Shown: positions 46,286 through 55,036 of the stretch, piece by piece | Layout of the letters: each line of letters starts with the position of its first letter | Numbering within the stretch: the stretch's first letter is position 1 | DNA from: Candidatus Zhuqueibacterota bacterium | GTDB taxonomy: Bacteria > Zhuqueibacterota > Zhuqueibacteria > Thermofontimicrobiales > Thermofontimicrobiaceae | Direction: 5' to 3' | NCBI GenBank assembly: GCA_049322915.1 | Contig: JBMOPW010000014.1 | Location: 280,973-344,972 of the forward strand | DNA length: 64,000 nucleotides | Notes under the pieces: generated by a model | Databases searched by the model: none | The model's input: the letters and a program-made list of their open reading frames with translations, nothing else | What the model was told of the DNA's origin: nothing | Translations under genes and position numbers: made by a program

Positions 46286-47098
46286 ATGGAGGAGATTATG
46301 CGAAAAATGTACAGGCACTTTGCGCGGATTTCGGCAGAATATCGAAACCTTCGTTTCACGGATGAAGAACCGATCAACCGGATCGCTGAGTCTCTCGCCT
46401 GGGCAGAGACGATTAAAGCCGCAGATGTGGGCTGTGGCGCTGGACGCTATGACTTCCTTCTCTTTGAGCGTCTGTCCCCCAGGCTTGAACTTTTCGGCAT
46501 CGATACCGAAACGAATATGCTGCGGGAGGCGCGGCGATACCTTCAGAAACATCAGTTTCGCTGCTTCTACACGATGCAGGCTTATGCGAGAGCGCTTCCG
46601 CTTCGGTCTGGTTATCTTGATGCTGTCGTGACATTCAATGCCGTGCACCACTTCCAGGTGCGTGAATTCCTATATGAAGCCACCCGCGTATTGAAACCGG
46701 GAGGAACTCTCTTCATCTACACGCGCACGCGCAGTCAGAATCGGAGAAGTATCTGGGGCCAGCACTTTCCTTCATTCTGGAACAAGGAGAAGCGGCTTCT
46801 GGAGACACGGCAGTTCAAGGAAATTATAGAGGAGGTTCCAGCATTGACGCTGGACACAGTTAACAAGTTCCAATACCAACGGACTGCGACTTTGGCTCAA
46901 CTCCTTGACAAGGCGAAACGGCGGCACTACTCCACATTTGCATTGTATTCACCCTCGGATTTAACAAAAGCCCTTCTTCGATTTGAGGAAAATGTTCGTC
47001 GGCACTATCGGAATATGACGCGCATAGTCTGGCATGATGAGAATGTCATGTTCATTGCCCGAAAAACGGAGGCAATCGCACAAAGCGCCGGGGCCTGA
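46286..47098 (+). CDS. Class I SAM-dependent methyltransferase
   Basis: ADVGCGAG; AVHHF; RVLKPGG. Confidence 0.9.
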   Translation: MEEIMRKMYRHFARISAEYRNLRFTDEEPINRIAESLAWAETIKAADVGCGAGRYDFLLFERLSPRLELFGIDTETNMLREARRYLQKHQFRCFYTMQAYARALPLRSGYLDAVVTFNAVHHFQVREFLYEATRVLKPGGTLFIYTRTRSQNRRSIWGQHFPSFWNKEKRLLETRQFKEIIEEVPALTLDTVNKFQYQRTATLAQLLDKAKRRHYSTFALYSPSDLTKALLRFEENVRRHYRNMTRIVWHDENVMFIARKTEAIAQSAGA

Positions 47099-47320
47099 TT
47101 GGAAGCGTGAACATGATAGGGTCCTGCAGCAAACGCTGGTTGCGCAGAGCGCTTTATTCCATCGAAGGTTTTCGGCAGCCAGAAATACTGGACAACGAAC
47201 CGGCAACCTGCAACTATGGATAAAGACCAGCATGATTGAAGTAAATATTGTTCATTTTAATCTATTGAAATATAAACCTGTGATTTGAAATATATCTGAC
47301 TTAGCAGTGAGGAGGCCTTC

Positions 47321-48088
47321 ATGAGAAGAATTCAATTTGGTGCATTGGTATTCGTTTTGTTTGCGGGATTGCTTTTCCAGCGATGCGCATCGCTGATTCC
47401 CCCATCGATTACAATGGAATCGACGCTGACGCCGGTTGTGAACGAAAATAATGCGAACTTAAAGATCGAGGAAGATGGCGCCCTGGCCTATTCGACCGAA
47501 GAAATGAAGATTGTGGTCAAACCCATGACGGATAAAAAATTGAACAGCATGTTCCCTGACATTTCGAATCGCGAGGACGCATCCACAAATCCCTATACCT
47601 ACGGCGATTGGATCGATCCTGAGCTGGGGTACACGCCGAATCGATTTACGGTGTTCGTCGTGAAAGTGTACAGCTATGGTCTGCCGAAAATCAGTCTGAA
47701 TCCATTAAAGGCAGAGCTCACATCCAGCCGCGGCGACAAATTATTGCCCTACGCCAGAGAGAAAAAAGACAATCCAGGCAGCGAATTGAATTTCGAGAGC
47801 TATTACATGAAAGTGAAAGGCGCCAGCGGTGTGGAGCGGAATCGCTTTGAAGAGCGCATGGGAATGGTGCGAAAAACGCTGTACACAGAGGGACAGGTGT
47901 TCAAAGGGAGCAATCGCGAAGGGTTTTTAGTTTTCGACCCGCTGGATCCATCCATTAAAGATGTCACGCTGACACTGAGGGAGTTTGTCGTCCAGTATGA
48001 CGCCAATAACTGGCCGCAAAAAACAATCGATATCGTCTTCCCCTTTGGCCGGGAATGGAAAGCGGTCACTGAAACCAAAAAACAATGA
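47321..48088 (+). CDS. Putative lipoprotein of unknown function
   Basis: Basic N-terminus, hydrophobic stretch, then Cys (LLFQRC); GGAGG RBS; overlaps the next gene. Confidence 0.65.
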   Translation: MRRIQFGALVFVLFAGLLFQRCASLIPPSITMESTLTPVVNENNANLKIEEDGALAYSTEEMKIVVKPMTDKKLNSMFPDISNREDASTNPYTYGDWIDPELGYTPNRFTVFVVKVYSYGLPKISLNPLKAELTSSRGDKLLPYAREKKDNPGSELNFESYYMKVKGASGVERNRFEERMGMVRKTLYTEGQVFKGSNREGFLVFDPLDPSIKDVTLTLREFVVQYDANNWPQKTIDIVFPFGREWKAVTETKKQ

Positions 48089-49056
48089 TGAAATTGCATT
48101 CGGTGGTTACATACAGTCTGTGGGTTTTGGCGGCGCTGGCGGCAAACGGATATGCCCAAACCGGGAAACCGGTCTGCGCCCTGCTGTCTTTTCAAAATAA
48201 GTCCAATCTTGAAAATAAAAATTGGCGCCTTGAGTGGGATATCCCCCTTGCCTTTGGCGACAGCCTGAAAAACTCCGGGAACTATCAGGTAATCGACCTG
48301 GCGCTCGTTGAAGATGTCCTTGCAGAAAACCAGATCCGGCCGTATACCGCATTCACGCCGGAACTTCTGTCAAAATTGGCCACTGCGTTGGGGGCGGACT
48401 ATCTGATATTCGGCCAGGTCCTTGTTTTTGAGCTTGGTCGGACGACAATTGGCGATCCCATGATGGCGGGCTTTGAATCGTACAAAGCCGAGATGGAGGT
48501 CGCCTTTTCGATTTTCAATCCGATCAATGGGGCGATTTCCGATTCCTATTCATGCCGGAGTGAAATAAGCCAGAAGGACTTGGGGCTGACGTTTGTCGGC
48601 CGACCGTCAAAAAATTATGTGAGCTTTGATGAACTGGATGAAATGAAATTCAATTCCCCTGAATTCAGGGCGACCATTCTGGGCGCAGGGCTGAAATATC
48701 TGACGGGTCGGTTTTTTTCTCAGGTGCTCAAACAGATTCCGGTAGCGGATTCCTCCCAAATCACTCTGAACAAGCAGGATTTTTTCGAAGCGCTGATTGT
48801 GCTGAGGCGGAACGATGAAGTGTATTTCAATGCCGGCTTTGCCGAGAACGTGTCCGCAGCGAGCGTATATGCCGTCTACACACGGGGGGATTCCATTATC
48901 CATCCGGTGAGCGGAGACATGTTAGGTTACGCCGACAAACCGATCGGCGCAGTGAAAGTGATTCTTGTTAAGGACAATCACCTTTCGCTCGCGAGGATCA
49001 TCGAAGAGGCGGAGCCGATCAAGGTGAAAGACAAAGTGTGGATTGAGAAAAATTGA
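48085..49056 (+). CDS. CsgG/HfaB-like domain + FlgT C-terminal-like domain protein
   Basis: ALLSFQN...LGADYLIFGQV; VYFNAG...IHPVSGDMLG...IGAVKV...IKVKDKV. Confidence 0.65.
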   Translation: MMKLHSVVTYSLWVLAALAANGYAQTGKPVCALLSFQNKSNLENKNWRLEWDIPLAFGDSLKNSGNYQVIDLALVEDVLAENQIRPYTAFTPELLSKLATALGADYLIFGQVLVFELGRTTIGDPMMAGFESYKAEMEVAFSIFNPINGAISDSYSCRSEISQKDLGLTFVGRPSKNYVSFDELDEMKFNSPEFRATILGAGLKYLTGRFFSQVLKQIPVADSSQITLNKQDFFEALIVLRRNDEVYFNAGFAENVSAASVYAVYTRGDSIIHPVSGDMLGYADKPIGAVKVILVKDNHLSLARIIEEAEPIKVKDKVWIEKN

Positions 49057-49125
49057 GGCGTGTGGCATTGTCTGGTTGTGGGTTATAAAAATATCAGGGG
49101 ATCATACAAAGTGGAAAATAACTTG

Positions 49126-51616
49126 TTATACGCTTAGAATGATTTATTCGATAAAATCTTAACAGTTAATCTTTGATACTATGCTTTACTTAAAAATATA
49201 TAAAACGACTTTATATCTGGAATGCGTTGATTCGCCTCAATAGTATTGAATAAAAAGGATCGCAGATGAGATGGTTAAGTTTATGGGTAATGATGTCCTT
49301 CCTAGCACAAGCACAAGCCAGAGAAATACAGGCTCACAGGACTGTCGCCCAAATCACCCTTGATGGCAAAATATCAGCATCTGAATGGCGTACAGAAATT
49401 TTTCAATCCAACTTTATTCAGATGGAACCCAATCCTGGTAAGATTTCAACAGAGCAAACAGCAGTTGCGGTCCTCTATAATGATAAAAACATTTACGTGG
49501 CGTTCATCTGCTGCAAGTCTTATCCCGATCCGGTGATTGCCAGAGAGACACGTCGTGATCAACTGGAAAAACAAGATGATGTGGTGTCCATTGTGCTGGA
49601 TACTTATCATGATTCCCGTTCCGCCTTTTGGTTTATGACCAATGCCTTGAACAGTCAAGTAGACATGCGCATAAGCGATGATGGCAATTCGCTTGATACC
49701 AACTGGGACGCTGGCTGGGAGGTAAAAACTGCCATTACCGATAGCGGCTGGACGGCTGAATTTGTCATTCCATTTAAATCGTTGAGGTTCGATCCCTCCC
49801 AAAAAAATTGGGGCGTAAATTTTGGGCGTTTCATTCCCAAGACATTGGAGACGTCCTTTTGGGCAGGTAAGACCGATAATGATTTTCGAGTATCGAAATT
49901 TGGAGTCCTTGCCGGGATCGAATTCCCCAAGGTCGCCTCAGCGCTGCGCTTTATTCCCTACACCACGCTCCGTTATGAACCTTTTACCGGTGAGCGATGG
50001 AATAACATGACGGGATTGGATCTCGAATATCGTTATCAAAATAATATCACAGCCAATCTGACTTATAATCCCGATTTTGCCACTGTCGAGGGCGATAGAG
50101 AGCAGATCAATATGACCCGCTGGGAACTTTCTTTCCCGGAGAAGCGAAGGTTTTTTTTGGAAGGAGGCGAGTTGTTTCAAAGTCGCATCAAACCGTTTTA
50201 TTCCCGTCGCATTGGGGAGATCAATTTTGGCGGCAAAGCAATTGGCAAAACCGGTCCTTACACCTTTGCCATCATCGGCGTCAATGCAAAATCGACCGCG
50301 GATAATCCGCTTACTTCGCGAAATGAATCTTTTCCAGAATACAATATCGGCGTTGTCCGCCTTAAGCGGGATGTATTAATAAGCTCAACGATTGGAATAA
50401 CGCTGATTGACAAAGAGTGGCAGGGAAGCTACAATCGAGTGCTAAGTCTGGATGGTGTTTTTAACCTACCGCATCAGTTCTATGTTACGACCCAATTTGT
50501 TGTTGGAGCACCAGGCGCTTTGGAAAAAAATTATGGTGGTTTTTTGAGATTGGCCAGAGAAAACAATATTTATCACTACCATCTTCGATATACAGAATAC
50601 GCTGAAAATTTTAGAGAGGCTGTCAATGGCATTGGGTTCATCACTGACGATAATAGGCGGGAGTTGGATTCAGCCGTGGAATACAAATGGTGGTTAAAAA
50701 AACGGGGTATTGAATATCTATCTTATGGATCGAATTACAATGTTTATTGGGCCAAGACCGATAACAAGCTCCGTAGTTCGGAGGTCTTCCAGGAGGTGGC
50801 TTGCTATTTCAAAAATAAATTCAGCCTGAACGCAGAGTTCGTTCAAGACTACCAGTTGTTTGAAAAGGGATTTCATAACTATTCGCTGGAGATCGGTCTC
50901 GGCTACAATACGGAAGAATGGTCTGCAACGGAAGTAATGTATCAGCAAGGACACAATTTTGACCGGGATTATTGGCTGATCGCTGGTGAGACCAGATTTA
51001 AAGTTCAAGATAAATTTTCTGTTGAATATGAATTGGAAAAGTTAAGTTTTAATCCTGATCCAGCGACAGAAAGTACTTGGTTGAACATCGTGACGCTCAA
51101 CTATCAATTTACGCCAGATTTGTTCGTTCGATTGTTCAATCAACACCGTACCGAAAATAATCGGATATACGTTTATGGACTATTTGGCTGGCGGTTTAAA
51201 ATGCCTAACAGTGCAATCTATTTTGTTTATACCAGAGATGATTTTGATCAACCAGGATTGAGGCGAGCGGGTAATGAGATTTTCTTTTTGAAACTAGCTT
51301 ATGATTTTTCATTTTAAATAATCTAATATCAGTAACATAGAAAATTATCATTCAGCAACAAGGGACTAATGGCTTGCTCAAAAATTAATGTTGCCATTAG
51401 TGGCATAACTCCATTTAGGTGAAATGGCAGTCGTTGAAGGATCTATGCATTTAAGGATTCATGGAATCAACGATTAAATTAATTAGTGTAGCAGCGTATA
51501 ACAAAATCATGCAGCCGCTTAAAACAGCCGATTCTTTTAGGTAAATTTTGCAAGGGTTGTAAGTTTGTTCGTCGTGTTAGCTATCCCTTAAGCTGTTCCA
51601 ACGGCCGATGAACTTG
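49126..51616 (+). mobile_element. Solitary integron-type gene cassette
   Basis: GTTATAC (49125-49131) is the exact complement of attC R'' GTATAAC (51496-51502). Confidence 0.7.
49266..51317 (+). CDS. CBM9-like + DUF5916 outer-membrane protein
   Basis: ITLDGKISASEW, GWTAEFVIPFKSLRF, NPDFATVE, FPEKRRFFLEG, FYSRRIG; terminal YDFSF. Confidence 0.85.
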   Translation: MRWLSLWVMMSFLAQAQAREIQAHRTVAQITLDGKISASEWRTEIFQSNFIQMEPNPGKISTEQTAVAVLYNDKNIYVAFICCKSYPDPVIARETRRDQLEKQDDVVSIVLDTYHDSRSAFWFMTNALNSQVDMRISDDGNSLDTNWDAGWEVKTAITDSGWTAEFVIPFKSLRFDPSQKNWGVNFGRFIPKTLETSFWAGKTDNDFRVSKFGVLAGIEFPKVASALRFIPYTTLRYEPFTGERWNNMTGLDLEYRYQNNITANLTYNPDFATVEGDREQINMTRWELSFPEKRRFFLEGGELFQSRIKPFYSRRIGEINFGGKAIGKTGPYTFAIIGVNAKSTADNPLTSRNESFPEYNIGVVRLKRDVLISSTIGITLIDKEWQGSYNRVLSLDGVFNLPHQFYVTTQFVVGAPGALEKNYGGFLRLARENNIYHYHLRYTEYAENFREAVNGIGFITDDNRRELDSAVEYKWWLKKRGIEYLSYGSNYNVYWAKTDNKLRSSEVFQEVACYFKNKFSLNAEFVQDYQLFEKGFHNYSLEIGLGYNTEEWSATEVMYQQGHNFDRDYWLIAGETRFKVQDKFSVEYELEKLSFNPDPATESTWLNIVTLNYQFTPDLFVRLFNQHRTENNRIYVYGLFGWRFKMPNSAIYFVYTRDDFDQPGLRRAGNEIFFLKLAYDFSF

Positions 51617-51622
51617 TTAACT
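51496..51622 (+). other. attC site
   Basis: GTATAAC...CATGCAGCCGCTTAAAACAGC / GCTGTTCCAACGGCCGATG...GTTAACT, 127 bp. Confidence 0.78.
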
Positions 51623-51643
51623 TGATCATTAAATAAAAACGGC

Positions 51644-51843
51644 GTAACGACTCAGGTGTTCAATATGTTGAAATGTAAGGGAAGCCGCTGAAGCGGCAGA
51701 ATTCTTCAGCGCGCATCTTTAATCACCATGCTGAAGCATGGCGCTGGTTCAAGATTGTACCAACACCACGATATATCGTGGTGTTCAACAATCAACCCGC
51801 CAGCTAACCAGCGGCTTCAGTAATACGTGAGTTGAGTAATTAC
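51644..51843. mobile_element. ~200-bp MITE-like element with internal REP-like palindromes
   Basis: Imperfect terminal inverted repeat GTAACGACTCAG/TTGAGTAATTAC (9/12); hairpins at 51684-51697, 51726-51741 and 51762-51785. Confidence 0.5.
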
Positions 51844-51918
51844 AATGCGGCACAGGGATTCAAATCGGTCGAGCGTGGGGGAGTATCGATTGGAAAAAGC
51901 ATTTCGGCGGACAGCACG

Positions 51919-52956
51919 TCATTTTTCCAGCAATGCCAGCGCGGCCTGAGCAGATTCGCGGACGCTGGAAATGGGATCTGTCAGGGCCTGTTGCAATGAG
52001 GGAATCGCCTTCGGGTCGCCCAACCGGCCCAATGCTTCGGCAGCCAGGGAACGGAGGGCTTTGTTGCCATATTTCAAATTGTCGATCAGGACAGGGAGGG
52101 CGTTCGCATCATGGATGAATCCGAGCGCCGTCAACGCCAGGCCAACAAGGTAGCCATTGTCGGATTTGGCCTGGTCCAGCGCGAAATTCAATCCGGCCGG
52201 ATTGCCAAAAGCGCCCAGAACCATAGCGGCTAAAAGTTTTGTATCTTCAGGCTGATCCCCGGCGGTAAAAATTTCCACGAGTCCTGCTTCGGAAATCGGG
52301 TTGTGAATGCTCACCAGCGAAAGTGCTGCCTGATGTCGCACATCGGATGTCTCCCGCGGATTGGCCAGAATGTCCAACAACCGCTGAATGAGAATCTCGT
52401 CGTTGAAGTGACCCAAAGCAGCGACCGCGTAATAGCGGACGAGCGGTTCCGAAGAGTCCAGTTTTTTCAGCAGGATTGGAACGGCTCGATGATCGTGCAG
52501 GCCGGCCAGCGCCTCGGAGGCTGCCTGCTGCACATTTTTGTATTGGTCTTTTTCCAGGATTTCTAACAAAATAGGAACAACGGCTGGCGTATTCAGCTCG
52601 CCCAACAGGGTCGCCAGTTGCTGCCTGACAATTTCATCGTCATCGTGCAGATAGGGCTGAATGCAGGAAACAACAGTCTGTTTCTGTGACAGTATTTCCG
52701 ACTTGAGCGCGTCGCTTTTTGCATTGCCGGTTCTCACGTAACATTTCCACAATAAAATTTTTGCACCCAGATTATCCGGCTGTTTTTTCAAGTGCTCATT
52801 CAACAGCGCAATGGCGTCCTGAAGCCCGCTGGGTGTTGTCTGGACTTTATTCTGAAGCGGAGATCGTTTGTAAATTTCCTGAGCCTGTTCCAACTTGGAT
52901 TTTGAGCAGCTTAACATCAGCGAAATCAGCAGAATTGCAGTGAACAATTTATTCAT
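51919..52956 (-). CDS. HEAT/PBS-lyase repeat lipoprotein
   Basis: Lipobox LMLSC after MNKLF; repeats of VRxxAAxALGxL. Confidence 0.85.
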   Translation of the reverse strand: MNKLFTAILLISLMLSCSKSKLEQAQEIYKRSPLQNKVQTTPSGLQDAIALLNEHLKKQPDNLGAKILLWKCYVRTGNAKSDALKSEILSQKQTVVSCIQPYLHDDDEIVRQQLATLLGELNTPAVVPILLEILEKDQYKNVQQAASEALAGLHDHRAVPILLKKLDSSEPLVRYYAVAALGHFNDEILIQRLLDILANPRETSDVRHQAALSLVSIHNPISEAGLVEIFTAGDQPEDTKLLAAMVLGAFGNPAGLNFALDQAKSDNGYLVGLALTALGFIHDANALPVLIDNLKYGNKALRSLAAEALGRLGDPKAIPSLQQALTDPISSVRESAQAALALLEK

Positions 52957-53060
52957 AAATATTTCCTGGTAAAAAATTTTTGTAATATAGTTCATTCGAC
53001 AGTTTTAATCAAGAGAATTCTGGACTTTCAAATGGCGTTTCATTTTACTGATGACTGGAA

Positions 53061-54890
53061 TTGAGATTGAATCGTAACAGGCGAACATGGCTCCGGGGCT
53101 GGCTGCTCTTTTTATTTTCAGCGCTGTTTTTTTCACACGCTGCCGGCGCGAATAAAGAAGCGCGGGCTGTCTGGCTCTCTCGTTTTGAATACACGCCTCT
53201 GGGTTATTCCGCAAGTCGGCAGCGGCAGTTCATCGAGCAGGCGGTGAAAAACCTTCATGACGCGCGTTTCAATATGCTGATCTTCCAGGTGCGCGGGCAG
53301 GCTGATGCGTTCTATCGCTCAGATTATGAGCCGTGGTCCGATCGATTGACCGGGACGCTGGGAAAGAATCCCGGATGGGATCCGCTGCAATATGCCATTG
53401 ATATGGCGCATGAAAACGCCATTGAATTGCACGCATGGATCAATGTCTTTCCGTGCTGGCAGGGCGCTGCCCCGCCGCAGGAGTCCACGCCGAGGCACCT
53501 GTTTTTGGATCATCCGGAATGGATCTGCTGCGACCCGTCAGGAATTCCCATGACCTACTCCGATGAGGGCTACGCATCATTGAGTCCGGGCATCCCTGAA
53601 GTCCGAGATTATCTGAAAAACATCTGCCTCGATATTGTGACGAACTATGAAATCGATGGTCTTCATTTTGATTATATCCGATATCCGAATCGCCAGTATT
53701 CTCATGATCCGATCAGCGAATCCCTGTTTCACGATCCGGTACTGGGCAATCCGGAAAATTTGACCCGCGCGGACTGGCAGCGGAGCCAGGTGAATTTGTT
53801 TGTGCGTGACGTTTACGAGGCGATTATGGCCATTAAGCCGCACGTGAAAATTTCCGCCGCCGTGATCGGGAAATACAATTATTCTGAAGTGAGCTGGGAT
53901 GGTTACAACGCCTGTTATCAGGATGGGGCGCAATGGACTGCCGAAGCAAAAATTGATATTCTCGCGCCGATGATGTACTGGCCCATCGGGCAATTGAATC
54001 CCTGGGCGCCCTTCGAGGTGCTGGCGAGGGATTGGGTTTTCAACAACGCCAATGGCCGATTCATTCTTGGCGGTATTGGCGCGTATAAGAACGAGAATAA
54101 TTTTCCTGAAATAGCCGCCCAGATTGACACCCTCCGGGCCGTTCGCGCCCAGGGGCAGGTTTTCTTTTCGTACAGCAGTCTGGACGATTCATACTTTTGG
54201 GATGACCTGATAGCGCGTCATTACAAGCATCTGGCCAATGTCCCGGCCATGACCTGGAAGGATGACGCGCCGCCAAATCGACCGGCAGCGCTCGAAGTGA
54301 AGTGGCTTTCCCCAACTTCGATTGCAGTGAACTGGCAGCCGCCGGCTCCGGCAGCCGATGGCGACATTGCTGAATACTACAATATCTACCGATGCATCGG
54401 CAGAAGCCCGATCGATATCGAAGACCCGAAGCATCTCTATAAAATCACATCCGATGCAACAGGTCAGTTTGTCGATACCGGCCTGGATTCCGCTCAAAAA
54501 TATTACTACTGGATTTCAGCGCTGGATGACGCGGACAATGAGGGCGGCGTTACTTCCTATAAACGAGCGACCTCTGTCGTGGATGACGCTCAGCGCCTTC
54601 CCGGTGGATTTGCACTCAGGCAGAATTATCCCAATCCGTTCAACGGGAACACGCGAATCGAGTACACCATCCCATTCGCACTGGAGTCGCAGCGGATTTC
54701 TTTGGTCATTTACGATATTTCCGGCCGGAAGGTCAGGGTGCTGCTGGATGGAATTCTTCCGGCAGGAGACTATGCAACTGCATGGGATGGCGCAGACGAC
54801 CAGGGACAACCTGTCCCCAGCGGATTTTACGTGTATCGTTTGGAATGCGATTCCTATCAGGCCGGCAATAAAATGCTCCTGTTGAAATAG
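53061..54890 (+). CDS. GHL10 (DUF187) glycoside hydrolase-like + FN3 + type-A-like CTD
   Basis: EARAVWL, FQVRGQADAFY, WDPL, ELHAWIN, DGLHFDYIRYP; QNYPNPFN. Confidence 0.88.
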   Translation: MRLNRNRRTWLRGWLLFLFSALFFSHAAGANKEARAVWLSRFEYTPLGYSASRQRQFIEQAVKNLHDARFNMLIFQVRGQADAFYRSDYEPWSDRLTGTLGKNPGWDPLQYAIDMAHENAIELHAWINVFPCWQGAAPPQESTPRHLFLDHPEWICCDPSGIPMTYSDEGYASLSPGIPEVRDYLKNICLDIVTNYEIDGLHFDYIRYPNRQYSHDPISESLFHDPVLGNPENLTRADWQRSQVNLFVRDVYEAIMAIKPHVKISAAVIGKYNYSEVSWDGYNACYQDGAQWTAEAKIDILAPMMYWPIGQLNPWAPFEVLARDWVFNNANGRFILGGIGAYKNENNFPEIAAQIDTLRAVRAQGQVFFSYSSLDDSYFWDDLIARHYKHLANVPAMTWKDDAPPNRPAALEVKWLSPTSIAVNWQPPAPAADGDIAEYYNIYRCIGRSPIDIEDPKHLYKITSDATGQFVDTGLDSAQKYYYWISALDDADNEGGVTSYKRATSVVDDAQRLPGGFALRQNYPNPFNGNTRIEYTIPFALESQRISLVIYDISGRKVRVLLDGILPAGDYATAWDGADDQGQPVPSGFYVYRLECDSYQAGNKMLLLK

Positions 54891-55036
54891 CACAGTGCAA
54901 CATATTTTCCTGCCCCCGGCAGTCGTTTGAAGAAGAAAGCGATCATTGTATTGAATTGAAAATAAATCACTTTTGTGAAAGTTTGATCCCAGGCTATACC
55001 AGCAGAAGTCATTCCCTTTTAATTTGGAGGTAGTCT

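Noticed and set aside
47099..47230. attC after the methyltransferase
   Set aside because: There is no R'' complementary to GTTAAGC and only weak inner pairing.
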